A DNA stretch of 64,000 nt from an uncultured Granulicatella sp. (GCF_963521425.1 NZ_CAUQUN010000005.1:15090-79089); one strand, 5' to 3'. Counted from the stretch's first letter, positions 19,785 through 30,678 are shown. Numbers and translations: made by a program. The notes: generated by a model from the letters alone, not told the origin.

Positions 19785-21716
19785 TTATAATATTGATTCA
19801 AAGTTAGCTTCAGAAAATAATGCCGTTATAAAACTTTCATAATCTTCGCTCTCCCATAAATTTTGTATATAAGAAGAACTATCAATCTTAGAGTAAATAA
19901 CTTTTAAAGCATCTTTATAAAATTCTAATTCCTTTTCTGCAATTGCAATTAACATAACTACTTTAACTAAATTTTGTCCCCAATAAATTGGCTTATCTAA
20001 TGTCATCATTACTAATTCACTAGTATGCACCTCTTTGGGATTAGCATGAGGAAGTGCTATTCCTGTATAAGTACTTGTTATGCCTAAATTTTCTCTATGA
20101 CGAATAGTCTTTTCAAAATTTATATTTTCTAAATTTTTCTCATTAGCCAATTGAATAATCTTTGATAAACACTTATCTACGCTGCCTACTTTTTCTCTAA
20201 TATATATCGATTTACCAAGTAATTTTTTAATAAGTCGATTCGTATATTCTTCATCATTTTTCGTTAAAAAGTTATATTGTGTTTGCACCATTGTATTGGA
20301 TAAAAATTTCTTCTGGATTTTTAGTAAATCTTCTTCTTTCATAATCGTTCCAACATGAATATATGGAAATGATATGTTTTCTAATTCCACTGAGCTAATT
20401 ACTAAGTCATTTTCACTAACATCTAAAGAACTTGCTTTTGAATATTCAACTTTATGAATATGTTCGTACTGACCTGTTATTTTTCTAACTTGATTCAATA
20501 ATAATTCTGATGTTGCTAGACTATGTGGGCATATCACGTAAATATTCATTGGTTTTTTTATCTTTTCTACTGATATTTCCAAATGTATGGTTAAAAGTGC
20601 CGCTTCATTATCTGTTAATTCAATATTGAAATGATTCTTAAAAACTTTTCCTGATAGCCAAACAAAGTTATACAAGACTCCATACTGGTATTTAATTTCT
20701 TCCATCAAATCACTTTTTAAATGAATTTTGTTTCGTAATCTCATAATCATTGCAGGAATATGATTAATTAACATTCCTCTTAAATACTCATCTTTCTCAA
20801 AATGAATACCTGCCAATTCACCAACTAATGATATAAATTCATCCACCGTTTTCTCGATTTGAACATTGGACTCTAAATAAGAATTTTCATAATTTCCAAT
20901 AGTAATTAAACTTTGACAAAGAGATATAATTTCTTTTTCTTCAACTTCTTTTCCAGAAACTTCATTCAATAAATCTCTAGCTAATAAATACGTTTCAATA
21001 ATTTTGGGATTATTACTATCTAAATCATTTTGTTGTTCCATAAAGTATCCATTTTTCCAACGAATATCGAAAATTACCAAATCCATTAATAAATAATGGC
21101 GATATTCATAACAAACTGAAAACTTATATTTTTCTAACAACTGATTCATAATTTGTATAATTTCTTGAACTCTATTCGGATTGATACATCCATAATTCGA
21201 TAATCCTGTTAAATTAAAATGAATTAATCCACTTAATAACTTATTACGGAAGAATTTTCTAATATTGTCTTCCAAACCATCTAGTGAAATTTTTCCTTGA
21301 TGTTTAATCAACTTAATTCCATTCTTATTCATTTCTTTTTCCAGTTCATGAATTTCTCTTCTTATAGTTGATTCACTCGTGAAATTTTCAATTGAACAAT
21401 CTAAAATATCTATTTCATTTTTCAATATAAATGTAGATATAAGTTTACACTCTTCATTTTGTTTATTCGTTTTTTGTGAGGTTTGAAAAGTATTTTTTAA
21501 CTGTTCTTTATATTTTTCATCTATTTCAATATAAATTCCCATACTAGGTTTTTTCTTTATCTCTGAAGAAAAAGCTTTTAGATATTGATTAATAACTGAA
21601 ATATCATTGTAGATTGTTTTAGTGGAAACTAAATACTGTTGAGCTAATGCCTTTCCTGTCACAGGTTCATTTTCTTGAATTAACCGATTCAATAAATCTA
21701 CCTGTCTATTATTCAT
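19785..21716 (-). CDS. PRD-containing transcriptional regulator (MtlR/LicR type)
   Basis: N-terminal HTH (VSTKTIYNDI), PRD, EIIB-like VICPHSLATS, EIIA-like IALPHA. Confidence 0.88.
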   Translation of the reverse strand: MNNRQVDLLNRLIQENEPVTGKALAQQYLVSTKTIYNDISVINQYLKAFSSEIKKKPSMGIYIEIDEKYKEQLKNTFQTSQKTNKQNEECKLISTFILKNEIDILDCSIENFTSESTIRREIHELEKEMNKNGIKLIKHQGKISLDGLEDNIRKFFRNKLLSGLIHFNLTGLSNYGCINPNRVQEIIQIMNQLLEKYKFSVCYEYRHYLLMDLVIFDIRWKNGYFMEQQNDLDSNNPKIIETYLLARDLLNEVSGKEVEEKEIISLCQSLITIGNYENSYLESNVQIEKTVDEFISLVGELAGIHFEKDEYLRGMLINHIPAMIMRLRNKIHLKSDLMEEIKYQYGVLYNFVWLSGKVFKNHFNIELTDNEAALLTIHLEISVEKIKKPMNIYVICPHSLATSELLLNQVRKITGQYEHIHKVEYSKASSLDVSENDLVISSVELENISFPYIHVGTIMKEEDLLKIQKKFLSNTMVQTQYNFLTKNDEEYTNRLIKKLLGKSIYIREKVGSVDKCLSKIIQLANEKNLENINFEKTIRHRENLGITSTYTGIALPHANPKEVHTSELVMMTLDKPIYWGQNLVKVVMLIAIAEKELEFYKDALKVIYSKIDSSSYIQNLWESEDYESFITALFSEANFESIL

Positions 21717-21977
21717 TTAAATCACCCTCCAACCATTTCCACAATTTCATTTTAAACCGTTTGCAAAAAAATATTAAATCAACTTTTTTCCAGAACATTG
21801 TGGAAGTTTTATTTTTTAATTACAATTTTCCAAGCATAAAATGCTAGTTTTATTTCCTACCATTTTCCTACTTTATCCCATACAAATCAATGCCCCTATC
21901 AAATTTGTAAAACAAAAAGAAAAAGAAGCTAGCAATATTTTTCACTAGCTTCTTCCATTTCTAATTTTTCCTAAATT

Positions 21978-24629
21978 CTACTCTTCACCCACACCAGGTC
22001 GATATGCAATAACTCCTAGCACCATAAAGATTAACAGTGTAATCATTAAGAATACAACCTGCTCTTGAATCGTCCCTGCCATAGAAATCGTTTGACGTAA
22101 TCCTGATACTGAATAACTCATCGGAAGCCATGGATTGATAGTTTTGAAGAAATTATTCGTCAATGCAAGAGGATAAGTCCCTGCACTTGAGGCTAATTGT
22201 AATAATAATAATATAAGTGAGAAGAATGCTCCCACACGAGAATTCCATGTCGTTAATGCCGTCACCATTGCCATAAATGTAACGCTCGCTAATACAATAA
22301 GGAATAATGTTTTCATTTCATGGACTGCTGTTAATCCAATGGCGTGTACTCCACCATAAACTAGTATTCCTGCTAATACCGCAATCATTCCATTAATTTC
22401 TATTCGAGCTTTGAACCAAGCCCAACGGGTTTCTGGATGTCTTCCAGATGGAAGTTTTGCAAAGATCATATTCGTTGATAATGCTGCAACAAATAAAGCA
22501 ACAGAAATCATATATGGAGCCATCGCAATTCCGTTGACTGCTACGGCATCATAATCTGTTTTCGATAATGCCAATGGGTTTGATAAAGTTTTCGCATTTG
22601 TTTCTTCTGTAGCAGCTAATGCTAATTGTTCATTGGCATCCATTAATCCACTACTTAATGTAGTGACTCCACCATATAAAGTTTCCAATCCAGTTGAAAG
22701 AGTATGTCCTCCATCAGCAAGTTTTTCTGAACCTTCTGCAATTTTTTGTGATCCATCTGTTAATTTATAAGAACCTAAAAGGAGTTGTTCAGATTTTTGA
22801 TTTAACTGATTTGTTCCTGATTGTAAGGTAGTAATTCCAGATACTAATTCTGAAGATTTTTGATTCAACTGATTACTTCCAGAAGAGATTTTTTCAATGC
22901 CTGTAACTAGTTCAGGAGCTTTTTGCGCCAATTGTCCGACTCCAGAAGTTAAAGTTGAAGATTTTTCGGCCAATTGAGAAGAACCTGATGCTAACTGGCT
23001 GACACTACCGTTTAAAGTACTGTTTTTAGAGCTTAAAGCATTGGCTCCTTGTGCAACTTTATCCACTCCACTTGTATAAGCACCTACACCACTTTGAATC
23101 GCTTGGCTAGCTGGAACTAGTTGTTGACTTACTGCCGATTGTAGTGTTCCAATTCCTCCTGATAATTGTGTTAATGAAGTAGAAGCTAATGGCAATACTT
23201 GTCCTGCTGCGGATTGTAATTTAGCGATACTTTCCGCTTGAGATTTTGCATTTCCCAAATTCCCTTTTAATACTTGAATCGTCGATAAAATTTCTTTTGC
23301 AGATTGCACAGTTGTATTTGCTTGATTTGATACAGCTGCTGTTAATTCTGCTTGCTGTTCACCCCTTAAAGTGCTATACGCTTTTGTTGATTGAATAGCT
23401 GTTAATGCAGCTTGTTTAGAAGCTTGACTATTTACTATTACACTTTGTGCTGAAGCTGCGATTGTAGATAAAGCATTGGTTACCTCACCCATTAAAGCTG
23501 TACTTTCATTTACATTTGTTGCTTGAATCGCTTGATTTAATTGATCTAACCCAGCTGCCAATTGAGAAATTTGACTACTTTTTTGTGCAGATGCCTCTAA
23601 TTGACTCGATAATTGCTGAATTCCTTGATTCAATTGTTGAACTCCATTTCGCAATTTGTCTGATTGACCTGCCAATTGAGTTGCACCTGAAGATAAACTA
23701 TCCACTCCAGATGTATATGCTTGAACTCCACTAGATAATTGATTCAACCCTGAGTCTAGTTTCGCCACTCCACCAGCATATGCTTGAACCCCATCATTTA
23801 ATTGTTGGATTCCGGAAGCTAATTCTGGAGTTTTAGAAGATAATTGATTTAAGCCATTATCTAATTGAGAAACAGCTCCTGTATATGTTAGTAATCCATT
23901 ATGGAATGTCGCTACACCTGCATCAATTTTTTTCACAGCATCTGTATAAGTCGTTAATCCGCTTGTAAATTGCTCTGCACCATTTGAAAAAGTGACACTT
24001 GATTGAGCTAAAGTTTGTAAATTAGTCGCTAATTGTTGGCTTCCATCTTTTAATTGACTGGATCCATCAGCAAGAGTCTGACTTCCTTGCGAAGCTTGTT
24101 CCATTCCATCTTTTAAATCACCCATTTTTTCAAATAAAGCTTTTGTATAAGTTTCTGTCACATTTTTCGCAACAGTTTGCTTTAATTGAACCATCGCTGA
24201 ATCGCTCATTTTACTAGCAATAAAACTATGCCCACTAGAAGTTTGATAATCAATATTCATTTGTTCCGGATGATTCGTTAAAATTGACGAAGCTTTTTGG
24301 GATAAATCACTAGGTAAGGTCACAACCATATAATAAGTACCATTTTCTAACCCTTCCTTCCCTTCTTCTTCTGTTACAAAATGAAACTCCAACGCATCAT
24401 TATCTTTCAAATTCGAGACCATATCTTCGCCAATATTCATTGACTCTCCATTATAAGAAGCAGCCTCATCTTTATTCACAACTGCCACTGGTAATTCAGA
24501 TAATTTTCCATATGGATCCCACATAGAAGATAAAAATATAATGTTATACAAAGCAGGAATCAACGCGATTCCTACCATCACAATGATAAAAGTTGGTTTT
24601 TTCAAAATAGCTTTCCATTCTCTAAACAT
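21978..24629 (-). CDS. YhgE/Pip family membrane protein
   Basis: MWDPYGK..LPVAVVNKD, heptad L..G..QL repeats, APY, SAGTYP, PMSYSV. Confidence 0.92.
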   Translation of the reverse strand: MFREWKAILKKPTFIIVMVGIALIPALYNIIFLSSMWDPYGKLSELPVAVVNKDEAASYNGESMNIGEDMVSNLKDNDALEFHFVTEEEGKEGLENGTYYMVVTLPSDLSQKASSILTNHPEQMNIDYQTSSGHSFIASKMSDSAMVQLKQTVAKNVTETYTKALFEKMGDLKDGMEQASQGSQTLADGSSQLKDGSQQLATNLQTLAQSSVTFSNGAEQFTSGLTTYTDAVKKIDAGVATFHNGLLTYTGAVSQLDNGLNQLSSKTPELASGIQQLNDGVQAYAGGVAKLDSGLNQLSSGVQAYTSGVDSLSSGATQLAGQSDKLRNGVQQLNQGIQQLSSQLEASAQKSSQISQLAAGLDQLNQAIQATNVNESTALMGEVTNALSTIAASAQSVIVNSQASKQAALTAIQSTKAYSTLRGEQQAELTAAVSNQANTTVQSAKEILSTIQVLKGNLGNAKSQAESIAKLQSAAGQVLPLASTSLTQLSGGIGTLQSAVSQQLVPASQAIQSGVGAYTSGVDKVAQGANALSSKNSTLNGSVSQLASGSSQLAEKSSTLTSGVGQLAQKAPELVTGIEKISSGSNQLNQKSSELVSGITTLQSGTNQLNQKSEQLLLGSYKLTDGSQKIAEGSEKLADGGHTLSTGLETLYGGVTTLSSGLMDANEQLALAATEETNAKTLSNPLALSKTDYDAVAVNGIAMAPYMISVALFVAALSTNMIFAKLPSGRHPETRWAWFKARIEINGMIAVLAGILVYGGVHAIGLTAVHEMKTLFLIVLASVTFMAMVTALTTWNSRVGAFFSLILLLLQLASSAGTYPLALTNNFFKTINPWLPMSYSVSGLRQTISMAGTIQEQVVFLMITLLIFMVLGVIAYRPGVGEE

Positions 24630-24644
24630 ATAACCCCTCTTTTC

Positions 24645-24735
24645 TGTACATACTGTCTAATTTTTGATAAAATAGATTATACATCAATAAAAACAGATAG
24701 CAAGTTCTAAAAATCGTTTTTGGACACCGTGTATA
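24645..24735. promoter_or_regulatory. Two inverted candidate TetR operators in the pip/tetR divergent region
   Basis: TGTACATACTGTCTAA (24645-24660) and TTGGACACCGTGTATA (24720-24735) share TnTACAnnnTGTCnAA in opposite orientations. Confidence 0.5.
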
Positions 24736-24758
24736 AAAATGTACATAAAGGAGATATT

Positions 24759-25325
24759 ATGACAGAGAGTAATAAAAGACAAAAAACAAAACAAGCGATT
24801 GAAAATGCCATGGTACAATTGTTAGCAGAACAACCTTTCGACCAAATTAGTACTGTAAAATTAGCAGAAACAGCTGGAATTAGTCGTTCCAGTTTTTATA
24901 CCCATTACAAAGATAAATACGATATGATTGATCTGTACCAAAGTAGACTATTCCATACACTAGAATATATTTTTAGCAAGTATGCCAACGATAAACAACA
25001 AGCTATTTTTGAAGTATTTGAATATTTACAATCTGAACCCCTTTTAGCCGCGTTATTATCCGAAAATGGTACAAAAGAAATTCAAAATTATCTTCGAAAT
25101 AAACTGCTTATTCTTGTAAAGACAGATATCGAAAAAAGAATTTCTACCAATTCTTTAAATATAATAGAATTAGAATATTATAGTGTCTATCTCTCCAACG
25201 CATTATTCGGGGTTTGTCAAAAATGGATTGCCCGAGGAAAAAAAGAAAGTCCTCAAGAAATTACAGACTTTTTATCTCCACTCTCTAATGCTATCAGTGA
25301 ATATTTCCCATCAAAAAAGGCATAA
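24759..25325 (+). CDS. TetR/AcrR family regulator
   Basis: AGISRSSFYTHYKDKYD HTH; AAGGAG RBS; divergent from pip. Confidence 0.92.
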   Translation: MTESNKRQKTKQAIENAMVQLLAEQPFDQISTVKLAETAGISRSSFYTHYKDKYDMIDLYQSRLFHTLEYIFSKYANDKQQAIFEVFEYLQSEPLLAALLSENGTKEIQNYLRNKLLILVKTDIEKRISTNSLNIIELEYYSVYLSNALFGVCQKWIARGKKESPQEITDFLSPLSNAISEYFPSKKA

Positions 25326-25354
25326 ATCATACGCTCATGATTTATGCCTTTTTT
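25313..25354 (+). terminator. Terminator after tetR
   Basis: AAAAAAGGCATAAATCAT...ATGATTTATGCCTTTTTT. Confidence 0.75.
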
Positions 25355-25362
25355 GATATTTT

Positions 25363-25467
25363 AAAAACAAGAAGAAAAAAATTTTTGTAGTGAAAATTAA
25401 CTATGAGCCTCGCATGCGAGGCTGCTGGCGACCTCACAAACAAAAAGATTTTTTTCTTGCCTTTTTT
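25363..25467 (-). repeat. Multi-hairpin repeat family, internally deleted copy E
   Basis: Keeps GGTCGCCAGCAGCCTCGC..GCGAG hairpin 1 and the A/T-rich terminal arms; lacks hairpins 2 and 3. Confidence 0.75.
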
Positions 25468-26987
25468 TAACGTTTCAAAAGATTAACTTTCACTAAATAT
25501 TCTCTAGCAACTTCTTCAGCAGGTCTTCCATTTGCCCCTACTTCAAAGTTCATTTGGCTCATTTCTTCTTCAGAAATTTTTCCTGCTAATTGATTTAAGA
25601 TTCCTTCTAATTCAGGATGTTTTTTCAACAATTCTTGTTTCATTAGAGGCGCGCCTTGATAAGGTGGGAATAATTGTTTATCATCCTCTAAAACTTTTAA
25701 CTGATAACGTGAAATTTCTGCATCTGTTGAATAAGCATCTGTAACTTGAATATCACCAGATTGAATGGCCTGGTAACGTAATGCAGGTTCCATTGTAGCT
25801 ACATCCAATTGTAAGCCATACATACTTTGCAATCCTTTGTTTCCGTCTTCACGGTCATTAAATTCTAGTGTAAATCCAGCTTTTAATGGATGGTTTACTT
25901 TTTTCAAATCAGAAATTTTTGTTAAATTCTCAGATTCTGCTAATGATTTTGGTACGGCAACTGCATAAGTGTTTTGATACGCCATTGGTTTTAAAAATAC
26001 AAAACCATCTTGTTCTAAAATTCCTTTACGAGCTACTTCGTACACTTCTTCAGGTTCATGACTTACTTTTGGTTTATTTTTCAATAAACTTTCTGTAATC
26101 GTTCCTGAAAATTCTGGATAAATATCAATATCCCCTTTTTTCAATGCCTCATATAAGAAGTTCGTTTTTCCGAAGTTTGGTTTCACTTCGACTTTTAAGT
26201 TTGTTTGATCTTCGATTAGTAATTTATACATATTCATCAAAATCTCAGGTTCTGGTCCTAATTTTCCTGCGATAACTAGTTTATCTGATGTTTGCATTTT
26301 AGCAATGGTTGGAGCATAAGAAGTTCCTAAGCCAATAATTAAGACTACAAAGGCTGCCAAAATCGTTCTTAATTTTGCAGTTTCCATCCATTTCAATAAG
26401 AAATTAAATAAAATCGCTAAAATCGCAGCAGAAATAGCTCCAATTAAGATTAAACTTGAATTATTTCGGTCAATTCCTAATAAAATAAAGCTTCCTAATC
26501 CCCCAGCACCAATTAATGCTGCTAAAGTTGCTGTCCCAATAATAAACACTGCTGCGGTACGAATCCCTGACATAATTACAGGCATCGCTATAGCAATTTC
26601 AAATTTTTTAAGACGCTCGAATTTTGTCATTCCGAACGCAATTCCTGCTTCAACTAGACTTTCATCAATTCCTTGAAGTCCTGTAATTGTATTTTGCAAA
26701 ATTGGAAATAAAGCATATAACACTAATGTTGTTAAAGCTGGTAATGTTCCAATCCCCATTAATGGAATAAATAATCCAATTAACGCTAAAGATGGTAATG
26801 TTTGAATAATTCCTGCAATTTGTAATAAAAATCCAGAAATCTTTTTCGATGGACTCACTAAAACTGCAATAGGAATAGCAATGACTACTGCTAATAATAA
26901 CGCTAATAAAGAAAGTTGAAGGTGTTGTCCAAGAGCTAACATCCACTCACTATTTCTCTCTTGAAATGTTCGAATGAATTCATTCAT
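25467..26987 (-). CDS. Osmoprotectant (choline/betaine) ABC permease fused to a substrate-binding domain (ProWX/OpuCBC-like)
   Basis: [34 protein letters not shown]. Confidence 0.9.
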   Translation of the reverse strand: MNEFIRTFQERNSEWMLALGQHLQLSLLALLLAVVIAIPIAVLVSPSKKISGFLLQIAGIIQTLPSLALIGLFIPLMGIGTLPALTTLVLYALFPILQNTITGLQGIDESLVEAGIAFGMTKFERLKKFEIAIAMPVIMSGIRTAAVFIIGTATLAALIGAGGLGSFILLGIDRNNSSLILIGAISAAILAILFNFLLKWMETAKLRTILAAFVVLIIGLGTSYAPTIAKMQTSDKLVIAGKLGPEPEILMNMYKLLIEDQTNLKVEVKPNFGKTNFLYEALKKGDIDIYPEFSGTITESLLKNKPKVSHEPEEVYEVARKGILEQDGFVFLKPMAYQNTYAVAVPKSLAESENLTKISDLKKVNHPLKAGFTLEFNDREDGNKGLQSMYGLQLDVATMEPALRYQAIQSGDIQVTDAYSTDAEISRYQLKVLEDDKQLFPPYQGAPLMKQELLKKHPELEGILNQLAGKISEEEMSQMNFEVGANGRPAEEVAREYLVKVNLLKR

Positions 26988-27711
26988 GATATTCTCCCCC
27001 TTTGAATAATTCTTTGACAAACTCATTAGCCGGTTGCGTTTGAATTTCGTGAGGAGTAGCTACTTGTACAATTTCTCCATCTTTTAATACAGCAATTCTA
27101 TCTGCTAATTTTACGGCTTCATCTGTATCATGTGTGACAAATAATGTTGTCATTTTAAATTCTTGATGTAATTGCTTCGTTAAATCTTGTAATTGTTTAC
27201 GGCTAATGGCATCTAATGCTGAAAAAGGTTCATCCATTAATAAAATTTTTGGAGTCGCAATAATAGCCCGAACAATTCCTACTCGTTGTTGTTCTCCTCC
27301 AGATAATTCTCTTGGATAACGATGCGCATAATCTTCAAAAGAAAGCCCTACTTTTTCTAATAATTCTTTTGATTGCGCTTGAATTTGTTCTTTTTTCCAA
27401 CCTTTCATTTCAGGAATTAAAGCAATATTTTCTGCTACTGTTAAATTTGGAAAAAGCGCAATCTGTTGTAAAACATATCCTGTTTCTAAGCGTAATTCTC
27501 TTTGATGATGATCTTTAATACGTTTTTGATTCAAGTAAATATTTCCATCTGTTGGTTCGATTAATTGGTTAATCATTTTCATCATCGTTGTCTTCCCTGA
27601 TCCTGATGGCCCTACTAACACCATAAATTCTCCGTCTTCAATGCGCAAATTGACATCTTTTAAGACAGATTTTTCATCGTAGCGTAATGCTACATTTTTA
27701 TATTCAATCAT
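26980..27711 (-). CDS. Osmoprotectant ABC ATPase (ProV-like, no CBS domains)
   Basis: [33 protein letters not shown]. Confidence 0.9.
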   Translation of the reverse strand: MIEYKNVALRYDEKSVLKDVNLRIEDGEFMVLVGPSGSGKTTMMKMINQLIEPTDGNIYLNQKRIKDHHQRELRLETGYVLQQIALFPNLTVAENIALIPEMKGWKKEQIQAQSKELLEKVGLSFEDYAHRYPRELSGGEQQRVGIVRAIIATPKILLMDEPFSALDAISRKQLQDLTKQLHQEFKMTTLFVTHDTDEAVKLADRIAVLKDGEIVQVATPHEIQTQPANEFVKELFKGGEYHE

Positions 27712-27766
27712 TTTAACTTCTCCTTTTATCAAAGGCAGATTGCATCAACAAACGCCTCCTCTAATT

Positions 27767-28216
27767 TTACTCCCGTTCTCCATCTTTTAAATTTTGTAGA
27801 ATCCTATTTAGATAGTTCTCTACTTGTACGATTTCTTCTTCCTTAAATCCTGCATAGAAGATTTCTCCTAATTCTCGGCTAACTTTTTCTCCAATTTCTT
27901 TTTGAGATTTTCCTAATTCCGTTAAATTCACATATTTTCTACGTTTATCTTTCGGACAATCTTGCATACAAACTAAGCCTTGTTCTTCTAATTTTTTTAG
28001 CATACTTGTTAATGTGTTGTTCGCTAAACCTGTTCTACAGCTCAATTCTGTACATGTAATATACCCTTCAGTATCATTCCATAAAACAGACATTATTTTT
28101 CCTTGTTCACTTCTAAAAAGAGCATCCGGTTCTTTACTCAATAGTTTTTGATAAAGTCTCCCATTCAATAAACGAATATGGTGAATTAAATATCCCCCAT
28201 TCTTTTTACACTCCAT
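27767..28216 (-). CDS. MarR family regulator
   Basis: TLTSMLKKLEEQGLV...DKRRKYVNLT. Confidence 0.88.
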   Translation of the reverse strand: MECKKNGGYLIHHIRLLNGRLYQKLLSKEPDALFRSEQGKIMSVLWNDTEGYITCTELSCRTGLANNTLTSMLKKLEEQGLVCMQDCPKDKRRKYVNLTELGKSQKEIGEKVSRELGEIFYAGFKEEEIVQVENYLNRILQNLKDGERE

Positions 28217-28239
28217 AAAAACAACTCCTTGAATTTTGT

Positions 28240-28295
28240 TTCTATGTAGAACTATATCCCCTTTTATCCACTTTGTCAATTACTTCTATATAGAA
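28240..28295 (-). promoter_or_regulatory. marR-proV-proWX promoter flanked by two palindromic operators
   Basis: TTGACA (28279-28274)-17-TATAGT; TTCTATGTAGAA (28240-28251) and perfect TTCTATATAGAA (28284-28295). Confidence 0.65.
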
Positions 28296-28352
28296 TTTTT
28301 AAAAATAAAATAAAAAAAGAGCGTTCTTTCTCGAACACTCCTCTTTGAATCA

Positions 28353-29708
28353 TTAATCTACTTTTTTCATTTCTTCAAACATTTCATCATTGACATAACA
28401 ACCTAGAGCTGGATTTTCAGATGGGTTAATCACTACATCGAAAGCTTTTGTTACTTGAGATAAAGTCTGAATCATTCCACTCCAGCTTTCATCATAAATT
28501 TGTCTCAATCTCTTCCAATCTGTATAGAAAACCATTGCTTCTTTTTCATCTTTTCCTGGTAAAATCGCAACATTTAATTTTTCTCCAGATTGTAAGTCAA
28601 TTTGAGCATTTGGATCTGCATTTTCTAATTTAATTGGTGTTAAGAATTTTGCTTTTGGTAATTCTAAGCATAAGAAACGATAGTATAAACCGTGCATAAT
28701 TTTTTGTTCTTCTGTCTGCGGAAATCCTAATTGGCCTAATAACAAGATCCATCTCATCGCATCAGGGTTTGTAACCGGAATATCTTCTTCTGCTACTCCT
28801 GTATAATCAGGTGCTGCAATAATTCCTTCTGCCGCAAGAGAGGTTTGTTCTGTTACAAGATGAACCCCTGTCGCTCCGTTTTGGTAGAAAGTTTCTAAGA
28901 AGAAATTCTCAATTCCTTTTCCATCTTCTCCTTTTTGAATACGACGTAATTCAAAAATTTCTGTATCTGCAAATCGAGAAGCAAGTCTTTCTTCATACGC
29001 TACTGGAGCAATAAAAATCATTGGAGAACTACAAATGAAGCCACCTTCTTCTCTTTGTTGTGTTTGAGAGAATAAATAAGGTTCTTTTGTTTTTTTAGAA
29101 TAAACCGTTACTAACTCATCTGCTTGTAATAATTTATCTCGTACAGCAATCATTAATTGTTCAATCTTGCCGACATTTGCAGTATGCTCTTCAGGTGTTT
29201 CTTGTGAAGCATTCATATGACAGTATAGTAAAAATACACGCGCGATTTCTGATAAATCCGCTAAACTTAAGGTCTCAATATCTCTTTGTGTTAAAACACC
29301 TTCTTGACGACCAACAAAGACATTTCCTAATGTATTTACAAAAGTTTTATAGATTTCTTCCTTGTCGGCACCTTCTTCATGTAACACAGTTCCTTTTTTA
29401 ATCCCTAAAGGCATTGCATCTTCTAACCAAAGAGCCACTGGTTCATCTGTTACTTCAAACACTTTTTCTCGCTGAGCATTTTCCATTGCATAAATCGCAG
29501 AAGTTCTTACAGTTCCATTGTCATCTCCAAGATTTGTCAACCAAACAAAATCCCCTACTTTTAGCGTTCCTTCCAGATTCCCTGTTACTACTAAATCTAG
29601 AGAATCATCGCTAATTTTATAGACATCTTCTACCCCTAGTTTGAATGTTGGTTTGTCTTGAGCTGTTTCTTCTGTTTCTTGTTTTTTAAATAAATCTTTT
29701 AATCCCAT
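28353..29708 (-). CDS. Hypothetical protein: N-terminal translation-factor-like beta barrel plus C-terminal SseB-like domain
   Basis: FKLGVEDVYKI...VVTG...GTLKVGD; C-terminal FLTP...FYTDWKRL...VVINP. Confidence 0.55.
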   Translation of the reverse strand: MGLKDLFKKQETEETAQDKPTFKLGVEDVYKISDDSLDLVVTGNLEGTLKVGDFVWLTNLGDDNGTVRTSAIYAMENAQREKVFEVTDEPVALWLEDAMPLGIKKGTVLHEEGADKEEIYKTFVNTLGNVFVGRQEGVLTQRDIETLSLADLSEIARVFLLYCHMNASQETPEEHTANVGKIEQLMIAVRDKLLQADELVTVYSKKTKEPYLFSQTQQREEGGFICSSPMIFIAPVAYEERLASRFADTEIFELRRIQKGEDGKGIENFFLETFYQNGATGVHLVTEQTSLAAEGIIAAPDYTGVAEEDIPVTNPDAMRWILLLGQLGFPQTEEQKIMHGLYYRFLCLELPKAKFLTPIKLENADPNAQIDLQSGEKLNVAILPGKDEKEAMVFYTDWKRLRQIYDESWSGMIQTLSQVTKAFDVVINPSENPALGCYVNDEMFEEMKKVD

Positions 29709-29721
29709 TTTCTTTCCTCCG

Positions 29722-30582
29722 TTAATTCTTTTCTCCGACTAATATCCATAAATGTACCGTAATAGTTTCTAAAGGATGATTTTTACTATAGTCTTGATCT
29801 TCAATACTCGCTCCCCAATATAAAGGAGTCATTTGTAATAAGTGTCGATACATTTCTTTTGTAAGTGTCACTTGATAAGAAACTTCTTTTATCTTCATAG
29901 ATGGATATTCTTGTTTAAATCGTTCTACAATATCCTCATTAGAATAGTGTTGTTTTTCTTTATTACTTTTATATAATTGTTGTCTTAATTCAATTAAATA
30001 ATTACTTCCAGGAATAATTTTAATTAATTTTCCTTCTGGTGCTAATACACGGTTGAACTCCTTATAATTCGAAGGAGTTAACATATTGATTAACGCTCCA
30101 CAGGATTCATCCCCGAAAGGTAACTGCGCTAAATCTGCCACAATCCACAAAGCTTTTTGAGCATGATGATGACTAGCAGCAAGAATTCCTTCTTTAGCAA
30201 TATCCATTCCTACTAAGGGAATCGATTCTAAAAATGACGATAAATAAGCAAGCGGACTTCCTTCTCCACAGCCAATATCAACAATTAGTTGATTCTCCTG
30301 TTTTGGAATGAGTGTCAAAACTTCGTCTAATAAAGGATTGAAAAATCCACTTTGAGCTAACTCATAGCGATGCATAAATAACTCTGCATCATAATCCTCA
30401 TTCGCTTTTTGTTTCATCAAATGGAGAGTCCCTTTTTTATTAATATCGAAACGATGACGGTTCGTACAAACCATACTATACCCATCTAACGCTTCAATAG
30501 CTGCATGACAATAGGGACATGCAAATAAATGTTGATGTTTTTGTATAAAGTCTCGACTCCAGTCGATTTTCTTTTGCATCAT
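29722..30582 (-). CDS. rlmA: 23S rRNA m1G methyltransferase, RlmA family
   Basis: CPYC...C..RHRFD zinc finger, DIGCGEG, QMTPLYW. Confidence 0.82.
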   Translation of the reverse strand: MMQKKIDWSRDFIQKHQHLFACPYCHAAIEALDGYSMVCTNRHRFDINKKGTLHLMKQKANEDYDAELFMHRYELAQSGFFNPLLDEVLTLIPKQENQLIVDIGCGEGSPLAYLSSFLESIPLVGMDIAKEGILAASHHHAQKALWIVADLAQLPFGDESCGALINMLTPSNYKEFNRVLAPEGKLIKIIPGSNYLIELRQQLYKSNKEKQHYSNEDIVERFKQEYPSMKIKEVSYQVTLTKEMYRHLLQMTPLYWGASIEDQDYSKNHPLETITVHLWILVGEKN

Positions 30583-30678
30583 GCACACTCCTGCTCCATT
30601 TATTCTCAATTGTCAGTATACCATAAAATTGATTTTCTGTTTGATTTTCTTTCTCTATAAAATTACCAGTTTTTTATT

